From Candidatus Latescibacterota bacterium (GTDB taxonomy: Bacteria > Latescibacterota > UBA2968 > UBA8231), in contig CBDCDC010000002.1 of assembly GCA_965215195.1 (NCBI GenBank), positions 3,872,001 through 3,936,000 of the forward strand: a stretch of DNA of 64,000 nucleotides, read 5' to 3'. Below, one piece after another: positions 1 through 9,248 of the stretch; positions within the stretch are counted from its first letter, which is position 1, and each line of letters begins with the position of its first letter. Position numbers and translations under genes: made by a program. Below the pieces are notes generated by a model, which searched no databases, was not told where the DNA came from, and saw only the letters and a list, made by a program, of their open reading frames with translations.

Positions 1-992
1 ACGAAATCCCCCTCCCACCTCTTCCCGAACAACGCGCCATCGCCCACATCCTCGGCACTCTCGACGACAAGATCGAACTCAACCGGCGCATGAATGAGAC
101 GCTGGAGGAGATGGCGCGGGCGCTGTTCAAGTCGTGGTTCGTGGATTTTGAGCCGGTTCGCGCCAAAGCCGCACTCAAGCACCCCCAGAGCACCCCCAGA
201 GGGGGGAGTGATGGGAGTGTGGAGCGGGAAGGTATTGATGCGGCGACTGCCCAAGGGGGGCGGGATTGGACGGTGGAACGCGCCCGTGCGTATCTCGACG
301 AGATGGATCCGAGCATTGCGGCGTTGTTTCCCGATCATTTTGTCGATTCGGAATTGGGGGAAGTGCCGGCAGGGTGGGGAGTTGGATGCTTTGGGGATAT
401 AGTTGATCAGGTCCGCGATAAGGAAAACCCGCTCGCTTCTCCAGATACCGTCTTCCGCCATTTCAGTATTCCGGCCTTCGATAAAGACCAATGGCCACAG
501 ACAGAGCATGGCGAAAATATCAAAAGTCAGAAATCGCGTGTACCGCCGGGAGTTATTTTGTTATCGAAGCTTAATCCAGAGATTGAGCGCGTCTGGTTCG
601 TGGACGTGGCGTCTGATGAGAGGGCGATATGCTCAACCGAGTTCTTGGTTCTTCAAGCTCGACTGCCGTTCCAACGGAGCTACGTCTACTGCCTCGCACG
701 CTCCCCGCTCTTCCGCCAGCAGATCGAATCTTTCGTGACAGGCACGTCGAAGAGTCACCAAAGGGCGCAGGTAGGAGCCGTTCTCGCCCTAGGAGCAACA
801 ATACCATCGGCACCAGTCATTCACGCGTTTGACCAGCAAGCCTCGGCACTCTTGGACAGGAGTGTTGACTGCCGTAGAGAGACCACCAGCCTCGCCGCCC
901 TGCGCGACACACTGCTGCCCAAGCTGGTGTCGGGCGAAATACGAGTGAACACGCGAGACGAAGAGAGCGAAGCGATAGGAAAGCACCAATGA
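1..992 (+). CDS. hsdS: Type I restriction-modification specificity subunit (5' end outside the window)
   Basis: The frame is open from nt 3 (EIPLPPLPEQRAIAHILGTLDDKIELNRRMNETLEEMARALFKSWFVDF) and ends LAALRDTLLPKLVSGEIRV. Both are conserved HsdS helical spacer segments. hsdR lies downstream. Confidence 0.93.
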   Translation, partial: EIPLPPLPEQRAIAHILGTLDDKIELNRRMNETLEEMARALFKSWFVDFEPVRAKAALKHPQSTPRGGSDGSVEREGIDAATAQGGRDWTVERARAYLDEMDPSIAALFPDHFVDSELGEVPAGWGVGCFGDIVDQVRDKENPLASPDTVFRHFSIPAFDKDQWPQTEHGENIKSQKSRVPPGVILLSKLNPEIERVWFVDVASDERAICSTEFLVLQARLPFQRSYVYCLARSPLFRQQIESFVTGTSKSHQRAQVGAVLALGATIPSAPVIHAFDQQASALLDRSVDCRRETTSLAALRDTLLPKLVSGEIRVNTRDEESEAIGKHQ

Positions 993-1915
993 AATTTTCG
1001 CAAAGATGGTGGGTGGTCGTTGCCTTACTACTTGCGTTCGCAGTGACGGTGAGTTTTCTCTCCGCGCAAACAGAGGAACCTTCCGCTGTCGATGCCCCCA
1101 GCAGTGCAGAAGTCCAATTGAGTAGCGACGAACCCGAACAAAAGCAACCAGCGCTTGCATCGACTAGAGACACAGCCCCCGCCGCCGCTGTCGAGACTGA
1201 CCGCCGTTTCAACGAACTTCGGCGCGAGCTTCTCGACGACCGAGCGAAAATGATCGATAGGTGGCTTGAAGCGACAGCTATCTTCCTTACGTTGCTTGGC
1301 GTTGCTGCTGCAATTCTCGGCTATTTCGGTTTCAAAAGGCTCGATAGAATTGAGAGCGAAGCGCGTGAGAATATGGAAGCGTCTGAGAAACATGCGCAGG
1401 AAGCTCAACGCTATGAGGAGGAAACCCAACGCGATCTTGAAAAGGTCAAGGAGGAAGCCCGACGCTATGTTGAAGAGATCAAGACAATTCGTGACAAAAC
1501 CGAAATAGACCGGGCGTTCTCCGAGGCCATCCTGCTTCAGCAGCAAAACAGGATTGAGGAGGCCATTGAAAAATGGCGTTCTATCGCCAACATCACAGAA
1601 GGAACCGACGACGAGCGTGCGGCTGAAGCATGGTTTAACATCGGCTTCCTCACGTCTCCTAGGAATGTGAAGGGAGAGAATTTTGCAGGAGCAATTGCTG
1701 CCTATGACAAGGCGATTGAGTTAAACCTGAGTGGGCCGAATTTGCATTGGGCGTACTACAATCGAGGAAATGCAAAAACCAGTCTTGGACAAATCGAAGA
1801 GGCCATCGCCGACTACGGTGAAGCACTCAATTTAGCCCGATCAGTTGGCAACGCAGATTTGATGGAACGAGCAAGGCGTAACCTCGACAGTCTCGACAGG
1901 AGCGACTCTCTATGA
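989..1915 (+). CDS. Membrane-anchored coiled-coil/TPR protein
   Basis: Signal-like N-terminus, TM segment (AIFLTLLGVAAAILGYFGF), charged coiled coil and C-terminal TPRs (AIAAYDKAIEL, AYYNRGNAK..LGQIEEAIADY). Starts in an ATGA overlap with the hsdS stop. Confidence 0.8.
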   Translation: MKFSQRWWVVVALLLAFAVTVSFLSAQTEEPSAVDAPSSAEVQLSSDEPEQKQPALASTRDTAPAAAVETDRRFNELRRELLDDRAKMIDRWLEATAIFLTLLGVAAAILGYFGFKRLDRIESEARENMEASEKHAQEAQRYEEETQRDLEKVKEEARRYVEEIKTIRDKTEIDRAFSEAILLQQQNRIEEAIEKWRSIANITEGTDDERAAEAWFNIGFLTSPRNVKGENFAGAIAAYDKAIELNLSGPNLHWAYYNRGNAKTSLGQIEEAIADYGEALNLARSVGNADLMERARRNLDSLDRSDSL

Positions 1916-1962
1916 CCACCATCACCGAAGCCGAGGTTCAACCGCTGCTTTTCATCTTTTAG
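1912..1962 (+). pseudogene. Remnant of an hsdR 5' end (MTTITEAEV...)
   Basis: atgaccaccatcaccgaagccgaggtt resembles the real hsdR start at 3924 (atgaccaccctcaccgaagctgtcgtc). It sits in an ATGA overlap with the TPR gene stop and ends after 16 codons. Confidence 0.6.
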
Positions 1963-2060
1963 GAGAGACCGCGTTGAGTCGTCCCTACGATCTAGACCGC
2001 CGCGAATCTGACTGTGAGCCCCTACGTGAAAAATGCTAAAAAGATGGCGGAGGCCATTGC

Positions 2061-2561
2061 ATGACCGACGCATTGCTGACAGTCCCCGACCAGAAATAAG
2101 CACTGTCCCTTGTCTATGCACAGGCAGTGGCGGCGCGTGCCGGTTATGTCACTGAAGTTCCCAACATGGATCGAGACAGCATTGATCTGTGCATCCGCGC
2201 CGGTGGTAGGATGCGGCCCTTGCTCGATTTGCAGTTGAAAGCTACCGTCAACTTGGAACGGCCTCTTGACGGATTCCTGCACTTCCCACTGGGCATCAAA
2301 AATTACAATGACCTGCGTATTGAAGCCCAGATCCTTCGGCTGCTCGTGGTGCTTGACTTGCCGCAAGACGAACAACGATGGATGACGATCACCCAAGATG
2401 AACTCATACTGAGACATCGGGCCTATTGGCTTAATCTGCGAGGATACGAAGAAACCGCTAACCAGTCGTCTGTTACCGTCCGCATCCCTGAAGAGAATCT
2501 GTTCAACGTCGAAGGTTTGCGTACGCTAATGGAACAATCAAGAAAAGGAGGGAACCGATGA
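2061..2561 (+). pseudogene. DUF4365-like PD-(D/E)xK nuclease-fold protein with an in-frame TAA at codon 13
   Basis: GGAGG RBS, then MTDALLTVPDQK*ALSLVYAQAVAARAGY...DRDSIDL...LDLQLKAT...KNYNDLR. The stop at 2097-2099 is in frame with ORF 2127..2561. Confidence 0.7.
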
Positions 2562-3700
2562 AAGTTAGTATCCAAGACAAGAAAGCCTTGCTTGCGGTTT
2601 CTCCTGCGGCGTTGTCTGCGTACGCTCGCACGGCCGGCTGGACCAAGGTCGATACCTACGGCAAGCATTCTGATGTATTTATGGGCGAGGGGCTGCCCGA
2701 GATCATTCTGCCGCGAACTGCACACTTGGGTGATTACGCCAGAGTCGTCTCGATGGTCGTTGAAATTTTCGCCAAGGTTGCCGACGTTGACGAACTTGCC
2801 CTCTATCGCGACTTGGCGATGGCTGACCGCGACGTGGTCCGCGTCCAAGCCGTTGATGGCGACGACAGCGGCAGCGTGGCAGTGAACGATGGGATCGATC
2901 TCCTGAGTGGCGCACGCGACATGATCCTCGCTGCCGCCTGCTCGCTCCAAGGGCCACAGCCCCTCTATCGTGCGGGTGCCAACCGAGAGGCTAGGGCCTA
3001 CCTGAACCGGGTTCGCTTGGGGCAGACCGAACAGGGTAGCTTCGCCATTACGCTGTTGAGTCCGGTTATTGCTCCCCCGATACAACAGCCGCTCTTTTCG
3101 GCGCTGGAATACGGCGATGACCCGATTGAGCGGCAGGTAACAAGGCGTCTGGCGGACGCGCTGGCAGCTACCTGCGAGGCGACCGAAAAAACGGTTGGCG
3201 GAGACGCTGGCGCTTTCTCGGAAGCCGTAGCGCATGGAGTGAGTGCCAATTTGTGCGAGGCACTCGTCAAGCTGATCGAGCCGTTCTCGATACTGGACAT
3301 CAGTCTGGTTTGGGCGCGCACACACCCGATGAGTACAGCCCGGAATGTCGTTCGCTTCGCCTCGCACGATGCTCCGATCCTGCGCGAGGCCGCGCGGTCA
3401 TTTCGCGACCGCGAACCACGACCGGATATGTGTCTGTTTGGCGTCGTGCAGAGGCTGAAACGCGACGAGACGGATACGAAAGGAACTATTGCCCTGCGGG
3501 CATCCATTGACGGGCAAAACCAAGTAGTTGTGGCCGTTCTAAAACAGTCCGATTACGAGCGAGCCATACAGGCTCACGAGACTAAGTCGCCGCTCGTCAT
3601 GGAGGGCGATCTCGAGCGAACCGGCCAACGCTGGCGATTGCTGAACCCGCGCATCGCAGATGTCATTCTGAATGAGGATGCGTCGGACGAGGACGAATAG
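2558..3700 (+). CDS. Hypothetical protein coupled to the DUF4365-like gene
   Basis: 380-aa ORF with RBS and ATGA overlap. Contains a GQTEQGSF motif and a beta-rich C-terminus (GVVQRLKR...GDLERTGQRWRL). Confidence 0.75.
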   Translation: MKVSIQDKKALLAVSPAALSAYARTAGWTKVDTYGKHSDVFMGEGLPEIILPRTAHLGDYARVVSMVVEIFAKVADVDELALYRDLAMADRDVVRVQAVDGDDSGSVAVNDGIDLLSGARDMILAAACSLQGPQPLYRAGANREARAYLNRVRLGQTEQGSFAITLLSPVIAPPIQQPLFSALEYGDDPIERQVTRRLADALAATCEATEKTVGGDAGAFSEAVAHGVSANLCEALVKLIEPFSILDISLVWARTHPMSTARNVVRFASHDAPILREAARSFRDREPRPDMCLFGVVQRLKRDETDTKGTIALRASIDGQNQVVVAVLKQSDYERAIQAHETKSPLVMEGDLERTGQRWRLLNPRIADVILNEDASDEDE

Positions 3701-3747
3701 CCCATGTCTTGGGAAGGGTTGTATCATTACTCATAGGAGGTGTAGGA

Positions 3748-3855
3748 ATGGCAAACTGGGCGCAGTGCTCCGCAGTCAAACGCGACCCTAGTAAGCTCAG
3801 CGGGGCTTGGGTATTTCGCGGGACACGAGTGCCGGTATCGGCTCTATTCGAGTAA
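3748..3855 (+). pseudogene. Truncated DUF433-family antitoxin
   Basis: AGGAGG RBS, then [35 protein letters not shown]. This has the DUF433 '[14 protein letters not shown]' signature but is only 35 aa. Confidence 0.75.
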
Positions 3856-3923
3856 CGCAGGCGGTCATGCGCGTATCTGCATCGACGCCGGACAAGCCGC
3901 CGCAAACCCCCACGGAAAGTCCC

Positions 3924-6900
3924 ATGACCACCCTCACCGAAGCTGTCGTCGAAGACGCCGCCCTCGCTTGGCTCGAAAGCCTCGGCTGGACGATTGCCCC
4001 CGGTGCTGCTGCCGCGGAGCGCACCTCCTACGGTCAGGTCGTCTTGGAGCAACGGCTGCGGGACGCCTTGACCCGGCTGAATCCCTCGCTACCCGCCAGT
4101 GCGCTAGACGACGCTTTCCGCAAGCTGACCCGCCCGGTAGGCGCGACCCTCGAAACGCGCAACCGCACCTTCCATCAGATGCTGGTAGAAGGCGTGACGG
4201 TCGAATATCGGGCCGACGACAGTTCGATCCGTGGAGCGCAAGCGCAGGTTGTCAATTTTGACGACGTGGCGGCCAACGACTGGCTCGCTGTCGATCAGTT
4301 CACGGTAGCCGAGAACCGGCATAACCGCCGCCCGGACATCGTGCTGTTCGTCAACGGCCTGCCGCTGGGAGTGATCGAACTCAAGAATCCAGCGGACGAA
4401 GACGCCACCATCTGGACCGCTTGGCAACAATTCCAGACCTACAAGGCCGAGTTGCCGACGCTGTTTGCGTTTAACGAACTGCTGATGGTGTCGGACGGAA
4501 TGCAGGCCCGCGTCGGTACGCTCACGGCCGGGCGGGAGTGGTTCAAGCCTTGGCGCACCATCACCGGCGAAGCGCTAGCCGACCCTAATAAGCCGGAGTT
4601 ACAGGTGGCCTTGGAGGGGGTCTGCGAGCCGGGGCGGTTCCTGGCCCTCGTGCGCGACTTCATCGCGTTTGAGGACGATGGTAGCGGTGCGCTCGTCAAG
4701 AAGATGGCCGGCTATCACCAGTACCACGCGGTCCGGGTCGCCGTGGGCGAGACCCTGCGTGCGGCCAAGCTGCAACGCACGGTCAAGCAGGTGGCCGAAG
4801 AGCGCGGGCGCTACGAATCGGGCCAAAAGCCCGGCGGCGAGCTGGGCGACCGGCGCATCGGCGTGGTCTGGCACACGCAAGGGTCGGGCAAAAGTCTGAC
4901 CATGGTCTTCTATGCCGGGCGCATCATTCGCGAACCGGCCATGGGCAACCCTACCATCGTCGTGCTCACCGACCGCAACGACCTCGACGACCAGCTCTTC
5001 GGCACGTTTGCGCACTGCCAAGACTTGCTGCGCCAGCCGCCGGTGCGGGCAGATAGCCGGGCCGACCTGCGTAACAAGCTCTCGGTCGAAGCGGGCGGCG
5101 TGGTCTTCACCACCATCCAGAAGTTTTTCCCCGAAGAGAAGGGCGACAGGCATCCGGTGCTTTCTCCGCGACCCAACATCGTGGTCATTGCCGATGAAGC
5201 GCACCGCAGCCAGTACGACTTCATCGACGGGTTCGCCCGCCACATGCGCGATGCATTGCCGTGCGCCTCCTTTGTTGGCTTTACCGGAACGCCTGTGGAG
5301 TTGCGGGACGCCAACACCCGCGCCGTGTTCGGCGATTACATCAGTATCTACGACATTCAGCGCTCAGTCGAGGACGGGGCCACAGTGCCGATCTACTACG
5401 AGAGCCGCCTCGCTAAATTGGCCCTCGACGCGGGGGAGCGGCCGCGCATTGACCCGGGTTTTACAGAAGCCACCGAAGGCGAGGAAATCGAGCGCAAGGA
5501 AAAGCTCAAGGCCCGCTGGGCACAGCTAGAGGCCATCGTCGGCGCGGAGAAGCGCTTGCGGCTGATCGCCCAAGACATCGTAGAGCACTTTGGGCAACGC
5601 TTGGCAGCGTTGGACGGCAAGGCCATGATCGTCTGCATGAGCCGCCGCATTTGCATCGACCTCTACCGCGAACTGGTGCGCTTGCGCCCGGACTGGCACA
5701 GCGAGGACGACACGCAGGGAGCCGTCAAGGTGGTGATGACCGGCTCGGCGTCCGACCCGCTAGAATGGCAGCCGCACATCCGCAACAAGCCCCGGCGCGA
5801 GGCACTGGCCAAGCGGTTCCGCGACGCGGCCGATCCGTTCTGCGTCGTGCTGGTGCGCGACATGTGGCTGACGGGTTTTGACGCGCCGAGCCTGCATACG
5901 ATGTACGTCGATAAGCCCATGCGCGGTCATGGGCTGATGCAGGCGATTGCCCGCGTCAACCGCGTGTTCAAGGACAAGCCGGGCGGCTTGGTGGTGGATT
6001 ACCTCGGCTTGGCCCACGAGTTGAAAAGTGCCTTGGCTACCTACACCGAGAGCGGGGGCACCGGGCAGACCGCGCTCGATCAGGAGCAGGCGGTGGCGGC
6101 GATGCGGGAAAAGTACGAGGTCTGTTGCGGCCTGTTCTACGGATTCGATTGGTCGGCTTGGACCGCCGGTACGCCAGCAGAGAAGCTGGGCCTGTTGCCA
6201 TTGGCGCAGGAGCACATCTTGGCACAGGAAGACGGCAAGGCTCGCTGTGTGCAGGCCGTGCGGGCACTCTCGCAAGCCTTGGCCTTGGCCGTGCCGCACG
6301 AGGACGCGCTGTGCATCCGGGACGACGTGGGGTTCTTCCAAGCCGTGCAATCCGTGCTCGCCAAGCGCGCCCCCGGCAGCGCATGCTCCGAGGCGGAGAT
6401 GGACCACGCGGTGCGCCAGATCATCTCGCGGGCCGTGGCTTCCGAGGGGGTGATGGACCTCTTCGCCGCGGCCGGGCTGAATAAGCCGGACATTTCGGTA
6501 CTATCAGACGAGTTTTTGGCCGAGGTGAAGGGGATGCCCCAGCGCAATCTCGCCGTGGAGTTGTTGCAAAAGCTGCTCAAGGGCGAACTCGCTGCCCGCC
6601 GGCGGAAGAACGTGGTGCAAGCGCGCTCCTTCGGCGAGATGCTGGAGCAGACCCTGCGCCGCTATCAGAACCGGGCCATTGAGGCCGCGCAGGTAATTGA
6701 AGAACTGATCGGGCTTGCCAAGGAAATGCGCGAGGCCAACGCTCGCGGCGAGCAACTAGGTCTTGCTGAAGACGAGCTGGCCTTGTACGACGCGCTGGAG
6801 ACTAACGACAGCGCCGTCCAAGTCTTGGGCGATGAGACCCTGTGCCGCATAGCCCGCGAACTCGTCGAGACCGTCCGCAACAATGTCACTATCGACTGGA

Positions 6901-7058
6901 CGCTGCGGGAGAACGTGCGGGCGAAGCTGCGCGTGCTGGTTAAGCGCACGCTGAAACGCCATGGCTATCCGCCGGACAAGCAGGAAAACGCCACGAAGAC
7001 CGTCCTAACACAGGCCGAAGTGCTGTCGGAAGGATGGGCGGCCTACCCATGCCATTGA
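3924..7058 (+). CDS. hsdR: Type I restriction endonuclease subunit R
   Basis: PD-(D/E)xK motif ([20 protein letters not shown]), Walker [13 protein letters not shown] box, [14 protein letters not shown] and QAIARVNR. The likely start is ATG 3924 rather than 3807. Confidence 0.97.
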   Translation: MTTLTEAVVEDAALAWLESLGWTIAPGAAAAERTSYGQVVLEQRLRDALTRLNPSLPASALDDAFRKLTRPVGATLETRNRTFHQMLVEGVTVEYRADDSSIRGAQAQVVNFDDVAANDWLAVDQFTVAENRHNRRPDIVLFVNGLPLGVIELKNPADEDATIWTAWQQFQTYKAELPTLFAFNELLMVSDGMQARVGTLTAGREWFKPWRTITGEALADPNKPELQVALEGVCEPGRFLALVRDFIAFEDDGSGALVKKMAGYHQYHAVRVAVGETLRAAKLQRTVKQVAEERGRYESGQKPGGELGDRRIGVVWHTQGSGKSLTMVFYAGRIIREPAMGNPTIVVLTDRNDLDDQLFGTFAHCQDLLRQPPVRADSRADLRNKLSVEAGGVVFTTIQKFFPEEKGDRHPVLSPRPNIVVIADEAHRSQYDFIDGFARHMRDALPCASFVGFTGTPVELRDANTRAVFGDYISIYDIQRSVEDGATVPIYYESRLAKLALDAGERPRIDPGFTEATEGEEIERKEKLKARWAQLEAIVGAEKRLRLIAQDIVEHFGQRLAALDGKAMIVCMSRRICIDLYRELVRLRPDWHSEDDTQGAVKVVMTGSASDPLEWQPHIRNKPRREALAKRFRDAADPFCVVLVRDMWLTGFDAPSLHTMYVDKPMRGHGLMQAIARVNRVFKDKPGGLVVDYLGLAHELKSALATYTESGGTGQTALDQEQAVAAMREKYEVCCGLFYGFDWSAWTAGTPAEKLGLLPLAQEHILAQEDGKARCVQAVRALSQALALAVPHEDALCIRDDVGFFQAVQSVLAKRAPGSACSEAEMDHAVRQIISRAVASEGVMDLFAAAGLNKPDISVLSDEFLAEVKGMPQRNLAVELLQKLLKGELAARRRKNVVQARSFGEMLEQTLRRYQNRAIEAAQVIEELIGLAKEMREANARGEQLGLAEDELALYDALETNDSAVQVLGDETLCRIARELVETVRNNVTIDWTLRENVRAKLRVLVKRTLKRHGYPPDKQENATKTVLTQAEVLSEGWAAYPCH

Positions 7059-7237
7059 CTAACGATCGTTATTCCCTACTAGACTCACTCGAAGATGAAC
7101 GACGATGGGATCGTTCGTTCGCTGACTCGCAGGATAAGCTCGCCCAATTGGCCCAAAAAGTTCGCACGGACATTGAAGCTGGTCGGGTCCACAAAATGAG
7201 TACGACAAATTGCTCAATCGACTATAAGCGCCCCTAA
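7049..7237 (+). pseudogene. C-terminal fragment of a small antitoxin-like protein; no toxin partner
   Basis: LEDERRWDRSFADSQDKLAQLAQKVRTDIEAGRV resembles the C-terminal half of small antitoxins found upstream of RelE/ParE-like toxins. The N-terminal half and the toxin are absent. Confidence 0.5.
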
Positions 7238-7242
7238 CAATC

Positions 7243-7815
7243 ATGAACGCGACGCGCAAAAGCCCCATCGCCCATCTCGTTGCCGACGCACCCGCTGCGG
7301 TGCAGGCCGCCTTGCACCATCCGGTTGATATGGTCAAGGTCGGGGCCAAAGGACCGCGCTTGGTCGAGTGGGCCGAGCAGTACGCGCTGGTCCTGCCAGC
7401 GCGGATATACGACACGCGGCCCGTGGGAGCGGATGGGGTTTTGGCGCGGGTGGGCGCGGGCGAACTTATCTTGGAGTGCCGGCCCGCAGACGAGTTGTGG
7501 GCGCGCCTGAACGCGGCGTTGGAAGCTGCGGAGGCCGGGGTCTATCGGGTGGAGCAGCAGTCGGCGACCTTGGTGGTGCGGGGGGATGCAGCCGCGAGTA
7601 TTTTGGCGCAGGCCTGCGCGGTGGATTTGGCTCGTGCGCCAGCAGGGCGGATGGTGTACACGCAGGTGGCCGGGGCGGCTTGCGGGGTGCTGCCGCACAG
7701 TAGGGACGGGCAGCGCGCGTACCGCCTGTGGGTCGATTACAGCTTGGCGACCTATCTGTGGGAAGTGCTCGCCGCCATTGCCGCGGATCTCACTTGCGCC
7801 AAAACGCCGGGCTGA
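7243..7815 (+). CDS. Sarcosine oxidase gamma-subunit/GcvT-like protein
   Basis: KVGAKGP, LARVGAGELIL, ILAQACAVDL and YRLWVDYSLATYLWEVL match the SoxG-like pattern. Confidence 0.65.
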   Translation: MNATRKSPIAHLVADAPAAVQAALHHPVDMVKVGAKGPRLVEWAEQYALVLPARIYDTRPVGADGVLARVGAGELILECRPADELWARLNAALEAAEAGVYRVEQQSATLVVRGDAAASILAQACAVDLARAPAGRMVYTQVAGAACGVLPHSRDGQRAYRLWVDYSLATYLWEVLAAIAADLTCAKTPG

Positions 7816-9238
7816 ACAGCACCAAGAGCGTGAAAATCTCCAGCCGCCCAATCAGCATGGCAAAGCACAGAATCCACTTGGCGACCGGATTGATGTCGCC
7901 GTAGTGATGGACGACTTGCCCCAGGCCCGGTCCTAAGTTGTTGATGCAGGCGGCTACCGCTGAAAAGGACGTAGTCAGGTCCAAGTCGGTGGCGAGTACT
8001 GCGATGAACATGATCGTGAACGCCAGCACGTACACCGAGAAAAATCCCCACACCGCTTCCATTACGCGATCGGAAACAGACCGTTGCCCCACCTTGATGG
8101 GGAGGACCGCGTTGGGGTGAATCAGGCGCGTGATCTCTCGGCTCCCCTGCTTTAGAATGAGCAACATGCGCATCATTTTAATGCCCCCTGCTGTCGAGCC
8201 GGCGCAGCCACCGGCAAACGATCCGAGGAACAACAAAAACGGCAGTACGCTAGGCCAAACCGAATGGTCTGCAATGCTAAAGCCCGTGGTGGTGACAATG
8301 GACACCGTGGCGAAGAGGCCGTAGCGCAGGGAGGTGCCGGCGTCGTGCTCGTTGTGCGTAAAAAGTATTAGCGAGGCAATTAGGATGGTGATTAGCAAAA
8401 TGGTTAGGTATGTGCGGCATTCGGGGTCAATGCGATACGGATGCAGGGACCGCTGGCGAAAGGCGTAAAAGTGCAACGTGAAGTTGATGCCCGATAGCGC
8501 GATAAAAAAGACGGCGACTAGCTCGATGGTTTGGCTGTTAAAAAAGCCAATGCTGGCGTCGTGGGTTGAAAAACCGCCGATGGAAACCGTTGTAAAGCTG
8601 TGGGCAATGGCGTCAAAAGGTTCCATGCCGGCCAGCCAATAGGCCAAGGCACAGGCCGCGGTTAAACTCAAGTAGATGTACCAAAGGGCCTTGGCGGTCT
8701 GGGTGATCCTCGGCGTCAGCTTGGAATCCTTAATAGGGCCGGTGATCTCGGCGCGAAAAAGCTGCATGCCGCCGACCCCGAGCATGGGCAACACGGCAAT
8801 GGCGAGGACGATGATGCCCATGCCGCCCAACCACTGGAGCTGCTGGCGGTATAACAAGATGGATCGGGGCAGGTCGTCCAAGCCTTGGATGACGGTGGCG
8901 CCGGTCGTGGTCAAGCCAGAGAGGGATTCGAATACCGCGTCGGTAACGCCCAGTTTGGGCTGGTCGGACAACATCAGCGGAAAGGCACCGTAAAACCCCA
9001 AGACGACCCAGAACAACACCGTTACCAAAAAGCCGTCCCTGATCCGCAACTCGGCGCGCTGCTTGCGCAATGGCAACCAGCACACCAGCCCGGTGCCAAG
9101 CGTAATGGCAAAGGCCAACAGAAAGGCGTTCTCAGTCCTCTCGCCATAGAGGAGGGATACGCCGACAGGCACTAACATGGTGACGCTAAATAGCGTCAGC
9201 AGGACGCCGAGGACCCGAAATGCGACTGCGGGGTGCAT
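7790..9238 (-). CDS. trkH: Trk potassium uptake membrane protein
   Basis: FESLSGLTTTGATV, QWLGGMGII, GGCAGSTAGGIK, NNLGPGLG and GRLEIFT motifs. Confidence 0.97.
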   Translation of the reverse strand: MHPAVAFRVLGVLLTLFSVTMLVPVGVSLLYGERTENAFLLAFAITLGTGLVCWLPLRKQRAELRIRDGFLVTVLFWVVLGFYGAFPLMLSDQPKLGVTDAVFESLSGLTTTGATVIQGLDDLPRSILLYRQQLQWLGGMGIIVLAIAVLPMLGVGGMQLFRAEITGPIKDSKLTPRITQTAKALWYIYLSLTAACALAYWLAGMEPFDAIAHSFTTVSIGGFSTHDASIGFFNSQTIELVAVFFIALSGINFTLHFYAFRQRSLHPYRIDPECRTYLTILLITILIASLILFTHNEHDAGTSLRYGLFATVSIVTTTGFSIADHSVWPSVLPFLLFLGSFAGGCAGSTAGGIKMMRMLLILKQGSREITRLIHPNAVLPIKVGQRSVSDRVMEAVWGFFSVYVLAFTIMFIAVLATDLDLTTSFSAVAACINNLGPGLGQVVHHYGDINPVAKWILCFAMLIGRLEIFTLLVLFSPAFWRK

Positions 9239-9248
9239 GCGTTATAGT

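Noticed and set aside
3807-3923. N-terminal extension of HsdR in the ORF track (likewise the extensions of the ORFs starting at 29571, 55569, 58612 and 60003)
   Set aside because: The extensions overlap neighbouring genes or remnants and lack family-like sequence; downstream starts fit better.
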